This document shows, piece by piece, positions 9,042 to 17,100 of a stretch of 33,567 bases of DNA (positions are counted from its first letter, which is position 1; each line of letters begins with the position of its first letter). The DNA lies in IMG/VR virus record IMGVR_UViG_3300025292_000002, positions 1 through 33,567 of that record; one strand, 5' to 3'. Source of the stretch: a virus. Lineage: Duplodnaviria > Heunggongvirae > Uroviricota > Caudoviricetes. The position numbers and the translations under genes are program-made. Below the pieces are notes generated by a model that saw only the letters and a list, made by a program, of their open reading frames with translations, was not told the DNA's origin and made no database searches.

Positions 9042-9131
9042 TAAATTGCCCTTTACTTTGTACCGCTTGGCATATAAATACTATATAAGAGCTAAACGGT
9101 ACAAAGTTTACAAATTTAATGGAGGTAAATC

Positions 9132-10307
9132 ATGAATATTAAAGCTTTAATCGAAAAGAAAAACGAATTAAAAGCAGAATATCGTGCTTTATATGAGCAG
9201 GCAGTTGCTGAAAAGCGTAGCTTAGATGGTGACGCTCGTGAAGCTGAATTATCTGCAGAAATCGCTGATTTAAATGCACAAATCAAGGAAGAAGAAGCTC
9301 GTGCAGCTCAAGAAGCTGACACAGTTGAAAATATTGAATCCGAAAAGGAGAAAAGAGAAATGGAAAAACAATTAACTCAAGAACAAGAAGTTCGTGCTCT
9401 TGAACAATTCATTCGTAAAACTGGCGGAGAAGAATTACGTTCGATGGAAGCTGGTTCTGAACCAGGTAAAATCGTTGTACCTACTCACCTGTCAAATGTA
9501 ATCATCGAAAAATTAAGTGAAAATGCTCCAATCTTCGCTCGCACACGTAACTTTACACCAGTAAACGGTTTCTTAGACATCTTACGTGAAGATAACATGG
9601 GTACTGCTGGATTCGTTGGCGAAATGAAAGAACTTGAGAAATCTGATTTCTCACTAAACAAAGTAACACTTAGCCAAAAACGTGTCGGTACTGCAATTGA
9701 GCTTTCTCAACACTTAGTAAACGATTCTGGTATTGATATTGTTGGTTATGCAACTCGTATCTTAGGTCGTCGTCTTGGCTTAACAATTGATTCATCTATT
9801 TTAACTGGTCAAAAAGATACAGAATTTGAAGGTATTTTAAATGACACAGTTGTTCTTAAGCCACAAATCGCACTTTCAGATAAAGCAATTACAATCGACG
9901 AGTTACTTGACCTTTATAACTCTATGAACCCAGCTTACATCGGTGGAGCTGTTTGGGTTGTTGGTCGTTTAACGTTCAACATGATTGCTAAATTGAAAGA
10001 CAACAACGGTCACTACTTCTTAGTTCGTGAAGTATCTGAAAATGGCCCAATCTACAAGTTATTCGGTCAACCAGTTGTTATCAATGACACAATGCCTGCT
10101 CCAGAAGCTGGAGAAAAAGCTGTTGTATTCGCTAACTTCTCTGAAGGTTACGCTACAATGACGAAAAAAGGCTTCAATTTCCAACATATTTCTGGTGACA
10201 CAACTCAAGCAATGCGTGGTTCTCACTTGCTATTACTTGACGGTTACATGGATGGAAAAATCCTTAACCCACCAGCAATCAAGATTTTACAAATGAAAAC
10301 TGTTTAA
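9132..10307 (+). CDS. Major capsid protein, HK97 fold with N-terminal coiled scaffold (delta-like) domain
   Basis: Position after protease; VVPTHLSNVIIE, L.GxPVV and DGKI motifs; strong RBS GGAGG. Confidence 0.93.
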   Translation: MNIKALIEKKNELKAEYRALYEQAVAEKRSLDGDAREAELSAEIADLNAQIKEEEARAAQEADTVENIESEKEKREMEKQLTQEQEVRALEQFIRKTGGEELRSMEAGSEPGKIVVPTHLSNVIIEKLSENAPIFARTRNFTPVNGFLDILREDNMGTAGFVGEMKELEKSDFSLNKVTLSQKRVGTAIELSQHLVNDSGIDIVGYATRILGRRLGLTIDSSILTGQKDTEFEGILNDTVVLKPQIALSDKAITIDELLDLYNSMNPAYIGGAVWVVGRLTFNMIAKLKDNNGHYFLVREVSENGPIYKLFGQPVVINDTMPAPEAGEKAVVFANFSEGYATMTKKGFNFQHISGDTTQAMRGSHLLLLDGYMDGKILNPPAIKILQMKTV

Positions 10308-10318
10308 TTTTTAAATTC

Positions 10319-10347
10319 GGAGCTTGATTAATTTCGAGCTCCTTTTT
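10319..10347 (+). terminator. Intrinsic terminator after the capsid gene
   Basis: GGAGCTTGA...TCGAGCTCC plus T-run. Confidence 0.7.
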
Positions 10348-10352
10348 ATCAT

Positions 10353-10425
10353 GTGTTTGTAGCTCAGTTGGTAGAGCAGGAAGCTGTTAACTTCTTGGTC
10401 GGTGGTTCGAGTCCATCCTTGCACG
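10353..10425 (+). tRNA. tRNA-Asn(GTT), acceptor stem imperfect (two U-U), no encoded CCA
   Basis: D arm AGCTCAGTTGGTAGAGC, anticodon arm GGAAG-CTGTTAA-CTTCT, T arm GGTGG-TTCGAGT-CCATC. Confidence 0.75.
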
Positions 10426-10502
10426 TTTAGGAGAATGGAGTAATTTCTTCATTTTCCTCCATTTGATTTGATTTGATTTCCTCCGATGTTTCGGAGGTTT
10501 CT

Positions 10503-10576
10503 AGGAGCTTAGTTTAGAGGTAAAATATCGGTCTCCAAAACCGAGGTCACAGGTTCGATTCCTGTAGCTCCTGCCA
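10503..10576 (+). tRNA. tRNA-Trp(CCA)
   Basis: Acceptor AGGAGCT/AGCTCCT, anticodon arm TCGGT-CTCCAAA-ACCGA, T loop TTCGATT, encoded CCA. Confidence 0.93.
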
Positions 10577-10577
10577 T

Positions 10578-10649
10578 GGGGTATTAGTATAGCGGTTAGT
10601 ATTACTGGCTTCCACCCAGTAGGCGTGGGTTCGATTCCCACATACCTCT
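10578..10649 (+). tRNA. tRNA-Gly(TCC)
   Basis: Acceptor GGGGTAT/ATACCTC, anticodon arm ACTGG-CTTCCAC-CCAGT, T arm GTGGG-TTCGATT-CCCAC. Confidence 0.9.
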
Positions 10650-10654
10650 TTCAT

Positions 10655-10726
10655 GGGGATATAGTGTAGCGGTTAACACACATGGCTGTCTACCATGTAG
10701 CACGGGTTCGAGTCCCGTTATCCTCG
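10655..10726 (+). tRNA. tRNA-Asp(GTC)
   Basis: Acceptor GGGGATA/TATCCTC, anticodon arm CATGG-CTGTCTA-CCATG, T arm ACGGG-TTCGAGT-CCCGT. Confidence 0.9.
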
Positions 10727-10964
10727 TTGTATACTCACACCGCAAAAAGGCGACTATGCGGGCTACGCTGTGGTAGCAATGATAAGCGCTTATCATTGAA
10801 GAAATAAAAGGCACAGAATCGGATGAGATGAGTACATCTGAATCGGGCAAGAAGATGGTTCTTGCTTGTCGTCAAAAAAAGAGCTTAATATGTTTTCTTC
10901 CGCAAGGAAGTTTTCCGTTCAAAAGGCGCTCGAATAAAAAAACGAAACTAACCTTTTAGAATAT

Positions 10965-11041
10965 GGCGCATTGGTGAAGCGGTCTAACACACTCGACTTT
11001 CTATCGAGCATTCAGGGGTTCGAATCCCCTATGCGCTTCCA
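10965..11041 (+). tRNA. tRNA-Glu(TTC)
   Basis: Acceptor GGCGCAT/ATGCGCT, anticodon arm CTCGA-CTTTCTA-TCGAG, T arm AGGGG-TTCGAAT-CCCCT, encoded CCA. Confidence 0.9.
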
Positions 11042-11042
11042 T

Positions 11043-11117
11043 ATAGACGTAGGCTAGAGGTCAGTCACTCCGTTTGGGGCGGAGGTCACGCAGGTTCGAA
11101 TCCTGCCGTCTGTACCA
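11043..11117 (+). tRNA. tRNA-Pro(TGG)
   Basis: Acceptor ATAGACG/CGTCTGT, anticodon arm CTCCG-TTTGGGG-CGGAG, T arm GCAGG-TTCGAAT-CCTGC, encoded CCA. Confidence 0.88.
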
Positions 11118-11118
11118 C

Positions 11119-11191
11119 GCTGAATTAGCTCAATTGGTAGAGCAGCTGATTTGTAATCAGCAGGTTGCGGGTTCAATTCCTGCATTCAGCT
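11119..11191 (+). tRNA. tRNA-Thr(TGT)
   Basis: Acceptor GCTGAAT/ATTCAGC, anticodon arm GCTGA-TTTGTAA-TCAGC, canonical D arm. Confidence 0.93.
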
Positions 11192-11197
11192 TACTTA

Positions 11198-11220
11198 AAA
11201 CCTCTTCGGAGGTCTTTTTA
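11198..11220 (+). terminator. Intrinsic terminator after the tRNA cluster
   Basis: ACCTC-TTCG-GAGGT plus T-run. Confidence 0.75.
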
Positions 11221-11253
11221 TTTATTTAAGCACCAAATGGAAGGAGAATAAAC

Positions 11254-11451
11254 ATGAAAGTTAAATTTAATACTGCAACAGTTTTTGCTTCTCCTAGTTT
11301 ATCAATCGCAGGAAATGAAATCGTTGATTTAGACGAACATCTTGTAAAGCCATATATTGAAGCTGGCATTGCAACGGTTGTTGAAGAAGAAGTTGTTGAG
11401 GAAAAACCAAAACGTACAACAAAGAAAAAAGCTAAAGAAGATGTTGAGTAA
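11254..11451 (+). CDS. Small head-associated hypothetical protein
   Basis: RBS AAGGAG; short protein with a basic tail, of the kind found before head-tail connector genes. Confidence 0.7.
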   Translation: MKVKFNTATVFASPSLSIAGNEIVDLDEHLVKPYIEAGIATVVEEEVVEEKPKRTTKKKAKEDVE

Positions 11452-11490
11452 AATCAACATTTTACAATAAAAACATATAAGGATAGGTGA

Positions 11491-11805
11491 ATGCAAATGG
11501 CAGTTGATTTCACAAATGTAAAATTCAGTGATATTGACCTTGAATTTGTCAAGCACTATCTCCGAATCGAGCCAGATATCACGGAAGATGATATTGAATT
11601 ATCATTATTTATCGACACAGCTAAAGGTTTTGTGTTGGAACATACTGATATGAGCTTGGAAGAGCTCAATGAAACGAAATCGGCAAATATTATTTATTTA
11701 CGAATGATTTCTGAACTGTACCACAATCGCTCAGTAACAAATGGGACACAAATTGACCCAATCTATTCAATGCTATTAAAAAACGTTAGGAAAATCAGCT
11801 TATGA
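11491..11805 (+). CDS. Head-tail connector (gp6/gp15-like)
   Basis: VKHYLRIE.D..EDD motif, ELYHNR; synteny. Confidence 0.85.
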   Translation: MQMAVDFTNVKFSDIDLEFVKHYLRIEPDITEDDIELSLFIDTAKGFVLEHTDMSLEELNETKSANIIYLRMISELYHNRSVTNGTQIDPIYSMLLKNVRKISL

Positions 11806-12140
11806 TGCAATCAGTTATCAATGCTGGCGAACTAAAAGATAGCTTAGTAATTTTACAAAAAACTGGTGACGGTGGAACAGATGAAAATGGTTTCCCAGTG
11901 GAAGGGCTGAAGGAACTATTTAAACTACGATGTAAGCGAAAGACAATTTCAACTCGAGAGTACATTGGTGCTGACCGAGAAATTAGCGCTTTAACTTACA
12001 AGTTTATCATTCGTAAACGAGAAATTGATAATGAAATGTTTGTCAGATACAAAGGCAAAGATTTTGACATTAAACATGTCCATGAAATTGACGAGTATTT
12101 TTTAGAGCTGACAGTTACAGAAACTCAGGAATTGGAGTGA
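11802..12140 (+). CDS. Head closure / head-tail adaptor (SPP1 gp16-like)
   Basis: NAGEL...L...Q, F.IR, MFVRYKGKDFDI motifs; synteny. Confidence 0.82.
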   Translation: MMQSVINAGELKDSLVILQKTGDGGTDENGFPVEGLKELFKLRCKRKTISTREYIGADREISALTYKFIIRKREIDNEMFVRYKGKDFDIKHVHEIDEYFLELTVTETQELE

Positions 12141-12146
12141 TGAATC

Positions 12147-12530
12147 ATGGGTTTAGATTGTGATTTCTCACAGCTACAAGCAACACTTGATGAGCTGGAA
12201 CGAAAAGTTTCTAAGGGCATTACTGATAAAGCTCTTAGACGTGGCGGACAAGTTGTTTTACAAGAACAGCTAATAGAAGTGCCTAAGAAAACAGGACGAT
12301 TAGCTGAATCGTTGGAAGTTGGAAAAATTTCAGGTACAGGCGAGAAAAGAAAAATTCTCGTAGGTATCAAACCATCTGAATACGAGGCTGTGCGTTATGG
12401 TTTCTATCAGGAACACGGAACTCGTGTTATGCTTGGTAAGAAATGGATGCGTAATTCTTGGAACAAAGCCAACGCAAAAGCTCGACAAGCCATAGGTGAA
12501 TCAATCGCTGAAGATTTGAGAGGACGATAA
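12147..12530 (+). CDS. HK97 gp10-like tail completion protein
   Basis: VPKKTGRL..S and YGFYQEHGT motifs. Confidence 0.85.
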   Translation: MGLDCDFSQLQATLDELERKVSKGITDKALRRGGQVVLQEQLIEVPKKTGRLAESLEVGKISGTGEKRKILVGIKPSEYEAVRYGFYQEHGTRVMLGKKWMRNSWNKANAKARQAIGESIAEDLRGR

Positions 12531-12533
12531 GTT

Positions 12534-12854
12534 ATGAATAAAAAAATCGTTGCAGCTTTGGCTTCATTGAAAATTCCAGTTGCTTACATGGAATACACAG
12601 GCAAGGAACAAGCTTACATTATGTTCCAAGTGTATAACGAACAAGACGGAGAATTTTTCGATGATACAAACGAAGCTGAAATTAGCTATATCACGATGAG
12701 CTACTGGTACAAAAACCCAGCAGACAAATCTCGTGAAAAAGAAATTAAATCATTAATGAAACAAGCTGGTTTCGTCTTTGACGGAAGCAAGGATATGAAA
12801 GATGAAGGTTTCTACGGAAGGTCTTTCGATTTCATTTATAAAGAATATCTATAA
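12534..12854 (+). CDS. Putative tail terminator
   Basis: Position just before the major tail gene; size; Y.G....YI.F motif. Confidence 0.7.
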   Translation: MNKKIVAALASLKIPVAYMEYTGKEQAYIMFQVYNEQDGEFFDDTNEAEISYITMSYWYKNPADKSREKEIKSLMKQAGFVFDGSKDMKDEGFYGRSFDFIYKEYL

Positions 12855-12895
12855 AGCTAAAATAGCTTTATTCACAATATTAGGAGGAAATTATT

Positions 12896-13480
12896 ATGGC
12901 TAAAAAACGACTTGGTGGTTTTTCTAAAATCCACGTAGCTCCATTAACAGGTGTAGGAACATTTGGCGCTCCAATTCCAGTATTAGGTGCTAAAGAAATT
13001 GAAGCTGAATTATCATATGAACAAGTACAATTCTTCTCAGATAACGCAATGGATTTCTCTGATTTCGTATTCAATGGTGGAGAAGGTACATTAACAGTAT
13101 CTGGATTAACAATGGACGAATACAAAACTTTATTCGGTTCAGCAGTTGACAAAGGTGGAGTATTAGTTAAATCAACTGACATCGCTCCTGAGTTAGCTAT
13201 CCTATTCGAACGTAAAAAATTAGGAACTCCTGGTAAAGTTCTTTATGCTCTTTACGCTTGTAAATTCGCTCCTCCAACTATCGCTGCTAAAACGATGGAA
13301 GGCGGAATCGAGGAAGAAACTGTAGAATTGAAATTCACGGTTCGTGAACTTGAAAACGGAGACGTATTCTACATGGTTGACTCGACTGAAGCTGACGTTG
13401 ACACTGAAAAAGTATCTAAATGGTATGAATCAGTTCAAAAACCTGGCACAGTTGTGGCTCAATCAATTGCGAAAAAATAA
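12896..13480 (+). CDS. Major tail protein (phi13-like)
   Basis: FFSDN, G.GTL.VSGL and APELAILFE motifs; strong RBS; followed by a terminator. Confidence 0.88.
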   Translation: MAKKRLGGFSKIHVAPLTGVGTFGAPIPVLGAKEIEAELSYEQVQFFSDNAMDFSDFVFNGGEGTLTVSGLTMDEYKTLFGSAVDKGGVLVKSTDIAPELAILFERKKLGTPGKVLYALYACKFAPPTIAAKTMEGGIEEETVELKFTVRELENGDVFYMVDSTEADVDTEKVSKWYESVQKPGTVVAQSIAKK

Positions 13481-13546
13481 TAACGAGGGGATTTTCCCCT
13501 TTGTTTTAACGGTTTGAAAATTTCGAATCGTTAAAAGAAAGGGAAA

Positions 13547-13564
13547 TTGAATATTAATATTCAA
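13547..13564. promoter_or_regulatory. 18-bp palindrome (perfect copy)
   Basis: Upstream of the tail chaperone RBS. Confidence 0.8.
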
Positions 13565-13596
13565 AATCAATACTCAAATCAAAAGGAGAAATAACA

Positions 13597-13911
13597 ATGG
13601 AAAATACAATCACTTTAAAAGGACAGGAATATAAAGCAAAGCTTGATTTTGCAACACTAGGACGAGTTCAACTTGCATTACAAAAACAAGGAATTAAAAT
13701 TGGCTTCCAACAAATTTTCGCTGAAGTTCAAGAACAAAACTTTGCAGTAATCAATGAACTTATCATTCAATCAATTTTACGTTGTCACCCACAAATTAAA
13801 CGTGAATCAATCGAAGAAAAATTAGACCTTGGTGAATTAGAAAATGCGTTCACATTCATGGCTAAATTAATCGAAGATTCATTACCAAAAGCTGACGATA
13901 AAAAAAAATAA
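13597..13911 (+). CDS. Tail assembly chaperone (gpG analogue)
   Basis: Between major tail and tape measure genes; ends in A9 run plus TAA. Confidence 0.85.
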   Translation: MENTITLKGQEYKAKLDFATLGRVQLALQKQGIKIGFQQIFAEVQEQNFAVINELIIQSILRCHPQIKRESIEEKLDLGELENAFTFMAKLIEDSLPKADDKKK

Positions 13912-14126
13912 GTAAAAGCAATCCTTATGCTGAAAAAGCTGAAGAAAATGATTGGGACATTGATTACCTTCAATATTGTTGGTACACAATTTTAAAACGT
14001 GCCGATGATTTTTGGAATCAAACACCCAGATACTTATTTTTACAAATTGATATTCATGTAAAAATGAATGACCCTAAAGAAAAACAAAATCAACGAGAAG
14101 ACGATGAAGACGTTGAATGGCTATAA
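13597..14126 (+). CDS. Tail assembly chaperone, -1 frameshifted long form (gpGT analogue)
   Basis: A-run 13900-13908; the -1 frame is open from 13908 to TAA at 14124-14126 (ISKSNPYAE...DDFWNQTPRYL...VEWL) with no start or RBS of its own. Confidence 0.8.
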
Positions 14127-14185
14127 TCTTTTCGAAGATTATAGCCATCTTATTTTTTTATATATATTGATAAGGAGTGTTTATA

Positions 14186-17100
14186 ATGGCTATGAACCAA
14201 GAAATTGCTGCTTTAGCCGTCAGTCTGACGCTTGATGGTCAAAATTTTAACAAGCAAATGTCTGCTATCAACAAAGAAATAAAAAACCTTGACCGTGATT
14301 TTAAAAGCGCAGGGCAGGGAGTACAGAATTTCGAACAAACATTCACGGGGCTAGCCGCTAAAATGGAGGTCACTCAAAAAAAGATTGACCTTATGAACAC
14401 GAAATTAGAGCAACAGAAGAAAGCTTATCAAAGTCTGGAAGGAACTTTAACAAGCCAAGTAGCAAAGTTAAATCAACTTGAAAGCACTTTAGGGAAATCT
14501 TCTCCTGAATGGCAACGACAAGCTGAATTAGTTCAAAGAAATTCTGAAAAATTAAACAGATTAGGTTCAGATATCAACTCAACTAAAGGTAATTTAAATC
14601 AATTACAATCAACTTTACGTTCTGTTGAAACATCTTTACAAAGTTCATCTCAAGCTGCTGAAAAAGCTTCAAGAGATTTCAGCAAAATTGGCGAAAATGC
14701 TAAAGCAATGGGTGAATCAATGACAGGACCTTCACTGGCTGTCGCTGGTATCGGTGCGGCTTCAACAGCTGCTTACCTTGAATCTGATAACTCATTGATG
14801 AAAATTAAAGCCAACTTGGGTCAAACTGGTAAAGAAGCTGAGTCAACTCGTGACCGAGTTAAAGATTTAGCTGATAGAGGTTTTGATTTCGGTAACGCTA
14901 CACAAGCCATGATTTCTGTACAACAAGTTCTTGGGGACACAATGGACCCAAAAGAAGTTGACAACATGGTTGCTACGTTATCTTCATTTTCAGAAACAAT
15001 GGATATGGACGTTAATGAGAGTGTTAGAGCTGTAAACTCAGTAATGAAAAGCTACGGAGTTACAGGACGAGAAGCAATGGACGTTATCGCAGCTGGACAA
15101 CGTGAAGGTTTAAACTATTCTGGCGAGTTCCTTGATAGTTTATATGAATATTCTCCACAGTTCTCTAAATTAGGTTTCACAGCTAAAGATACGCTTGGCA
15201 TCATGAAAGCAGGTATGCAAGACGGAGCATTCTCGATGGACAAACTTGCTGATGGTGTTAAAGAATTTAGCTTACGTGTTACTGACGTTGATAAAAACGG
15301 TTCAGAAGCGTTACAAAACTTAGGTTTCAACACTGATGAAGTATCAGCTGCTATGAACAAAGGTGGAGACGCTGGTAAAAACATGAGTTTCAAAATCGCA
15401 CAAGCATTAGCTGGTGTTGAAAACGAAACAGACCGTAATAAATATGCTCTTGCATTATTCGGTACTCAGTACGAGGATGTAGGCGACGCTGCTTACAAAG
15501 CCTTAGCTGGCATGAAAAACAACACGGTAGAAACAGCTGGAGCTGCTGACCAAGCTCGTAAAGCTTTTGAAGATTCTTTCGGTGCTCGTATGAAAGGTTC
15601 TTTAAGCCAAATGAAAGACGCTTTAATTCAAATCGGAACAGCTATGTTGCCAGCTATTGAAGGGGCAGCTAAAGCTGGGGTTGAATTTGCGAAATGGTTC
15701 TCAGGATTAAATCCTAGCGTTGTTACTGCTATCACTGTAATTGGTGGATTAGTTATTGCAATGGCTCCTGTGCTAATGATTGTGGGTCAAATCACAATGG
15801 GTATAGGAACTCTGGTGACCGCACTCGGAAAATTGGGTCCAATGTTTAGCCTCATCGGTAAAGGTGCTAAATTGGTCGGATTAGCTTTCACAGGTTTATC
15901 TCTTCCGATGATTGGTATTATAGCTGCTATAGCTGCTGTAATTGCTATCGGTGTTCTGTTGTGGCAGAATTGGGATACTGTAATGGCGTATTGCTCTAAA
16001 CTGGGAGAAAGCGTATCTGCAGCTTGGAGTTCTATGGTTGATTACGTTGGTAATGCCATGTCAGCAATCGGAAATTGGATTTCAACTAAATGGGCGGAAA
16101 TTACAGCTCTTTGGGATGCTTCAATGGCTTGGATTTCAGCAACTGCTAGTTCAATTTGGGCTGGTATTACCGCTGTATTCGACTCAGCGATGAATGCTAT
16201 TGGAAGTGTTATTTCATTCGTTTGGGAAGCTATTAAAACAGGTTGGAATACTTCATTGAACTTTATTAGCTCAACTGCAAGTGCAATCTGGGAAGGCATC
16301 AAAGCTGTATTCACTGGAGCGATGAACGGTATTAAAACTGTTATTGACGTTGTGTGGAATGGTATTAAAGCTGCTTGGAACATGTATTTAACTGCTCTTA
16401 CTACAGTTGCTACAACAATCTGGAACGGAATTAAAGCAGTGTTTAATTTATACATGACAGCTATCAAAACTGTAGTAACTACAGTATGGAGCGCTATTCA
16501 AACAGTTTGGTCTGTTGGCTTCAATGTCATTAAGACGGTTGCTTCTACAGTGTGGAACGCAATTAAATCTATTTTCACAACAGTTTTAAGCACGCTTCAA
16601 TCTGCTGTTTCAGCTGCTTGGAATGCTATCAAATCAATTACTAGCTCAGTATTTAACGCTGTTAAATCTGTGGTTACAACGGTTTGGAATGGTATTAAAT
16701 CTGTTATCACAACAGTTCTAAGCGCAGTGAAGAGTGTTGTAACAAGTGGCTTCAATGCTGTCAAATCCGTTGTTACTTCAGTGTCAAATGCTGTAAAAAG
16801 CGTTGTTACAACTGTATGGAATGGGATTAAGACAGTTATTAGCTCAGTAATCAATGCTGTGAAATCCGTAGTTTCAAGTGGTTTTAACGCTATTAAATCG
16901 GTTGTTACATCTGTATCTAACGCTATCAAAAGCGCTATTACTACAGTATGGAACGGTATTAAATCGGTTATTACTAGCGCTACAAACGGTATCAAATCAA
17001 CTGTAAGCTCAGTCTTCGGTTCACTTGAACGTATCATGACAGCTCCATTCAAAGCTGCTAAGAGCGCTATTGATGGAATCATGGGCGGAATCGGTAAAGC

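Noticed and set aside
10777-10798. Palindrome as a Fur box
   Set aside because: TGATAA-N4-TTATCA does not fit the 7-1-7 TGATAATnATTATCA spacing, and it lies in a transcribed tRNA spacer.
10731-10845. HDV-like (theta) or hammerhead ribozyme next to tRNA-Asp
   Set aside because: Could not build the nested P1/P2/P3 double pseudoknot. CGGAUGA...UGAAU deviates from the CUGAnGA...GAAA hammerhead core.
10602-10850. 82-aa minus-strand ORF
   Set aside because: Antisense to tRNA-Gly and tRNA-Asp; its sequence is explained by tRNA structure.
16000-17050. Periodic DNA repeats as a CRISPR array or VNTR
   Set aside because: They are degenerate 33-bp coding repeats of the tape measure 11-residue motif, with no constant repeat/unique spacer pattern and no cas genes.
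7279-17082. Long opposite-strand ORFs (e.g. 7279..7929, 8669..8890, 15115..15393, 16042..16467, 16597..17082)
   Set aside because: They shadow well-supported plus-strand genes, lack RBSs, and arise from the codon bias of repetitive forward proteins.
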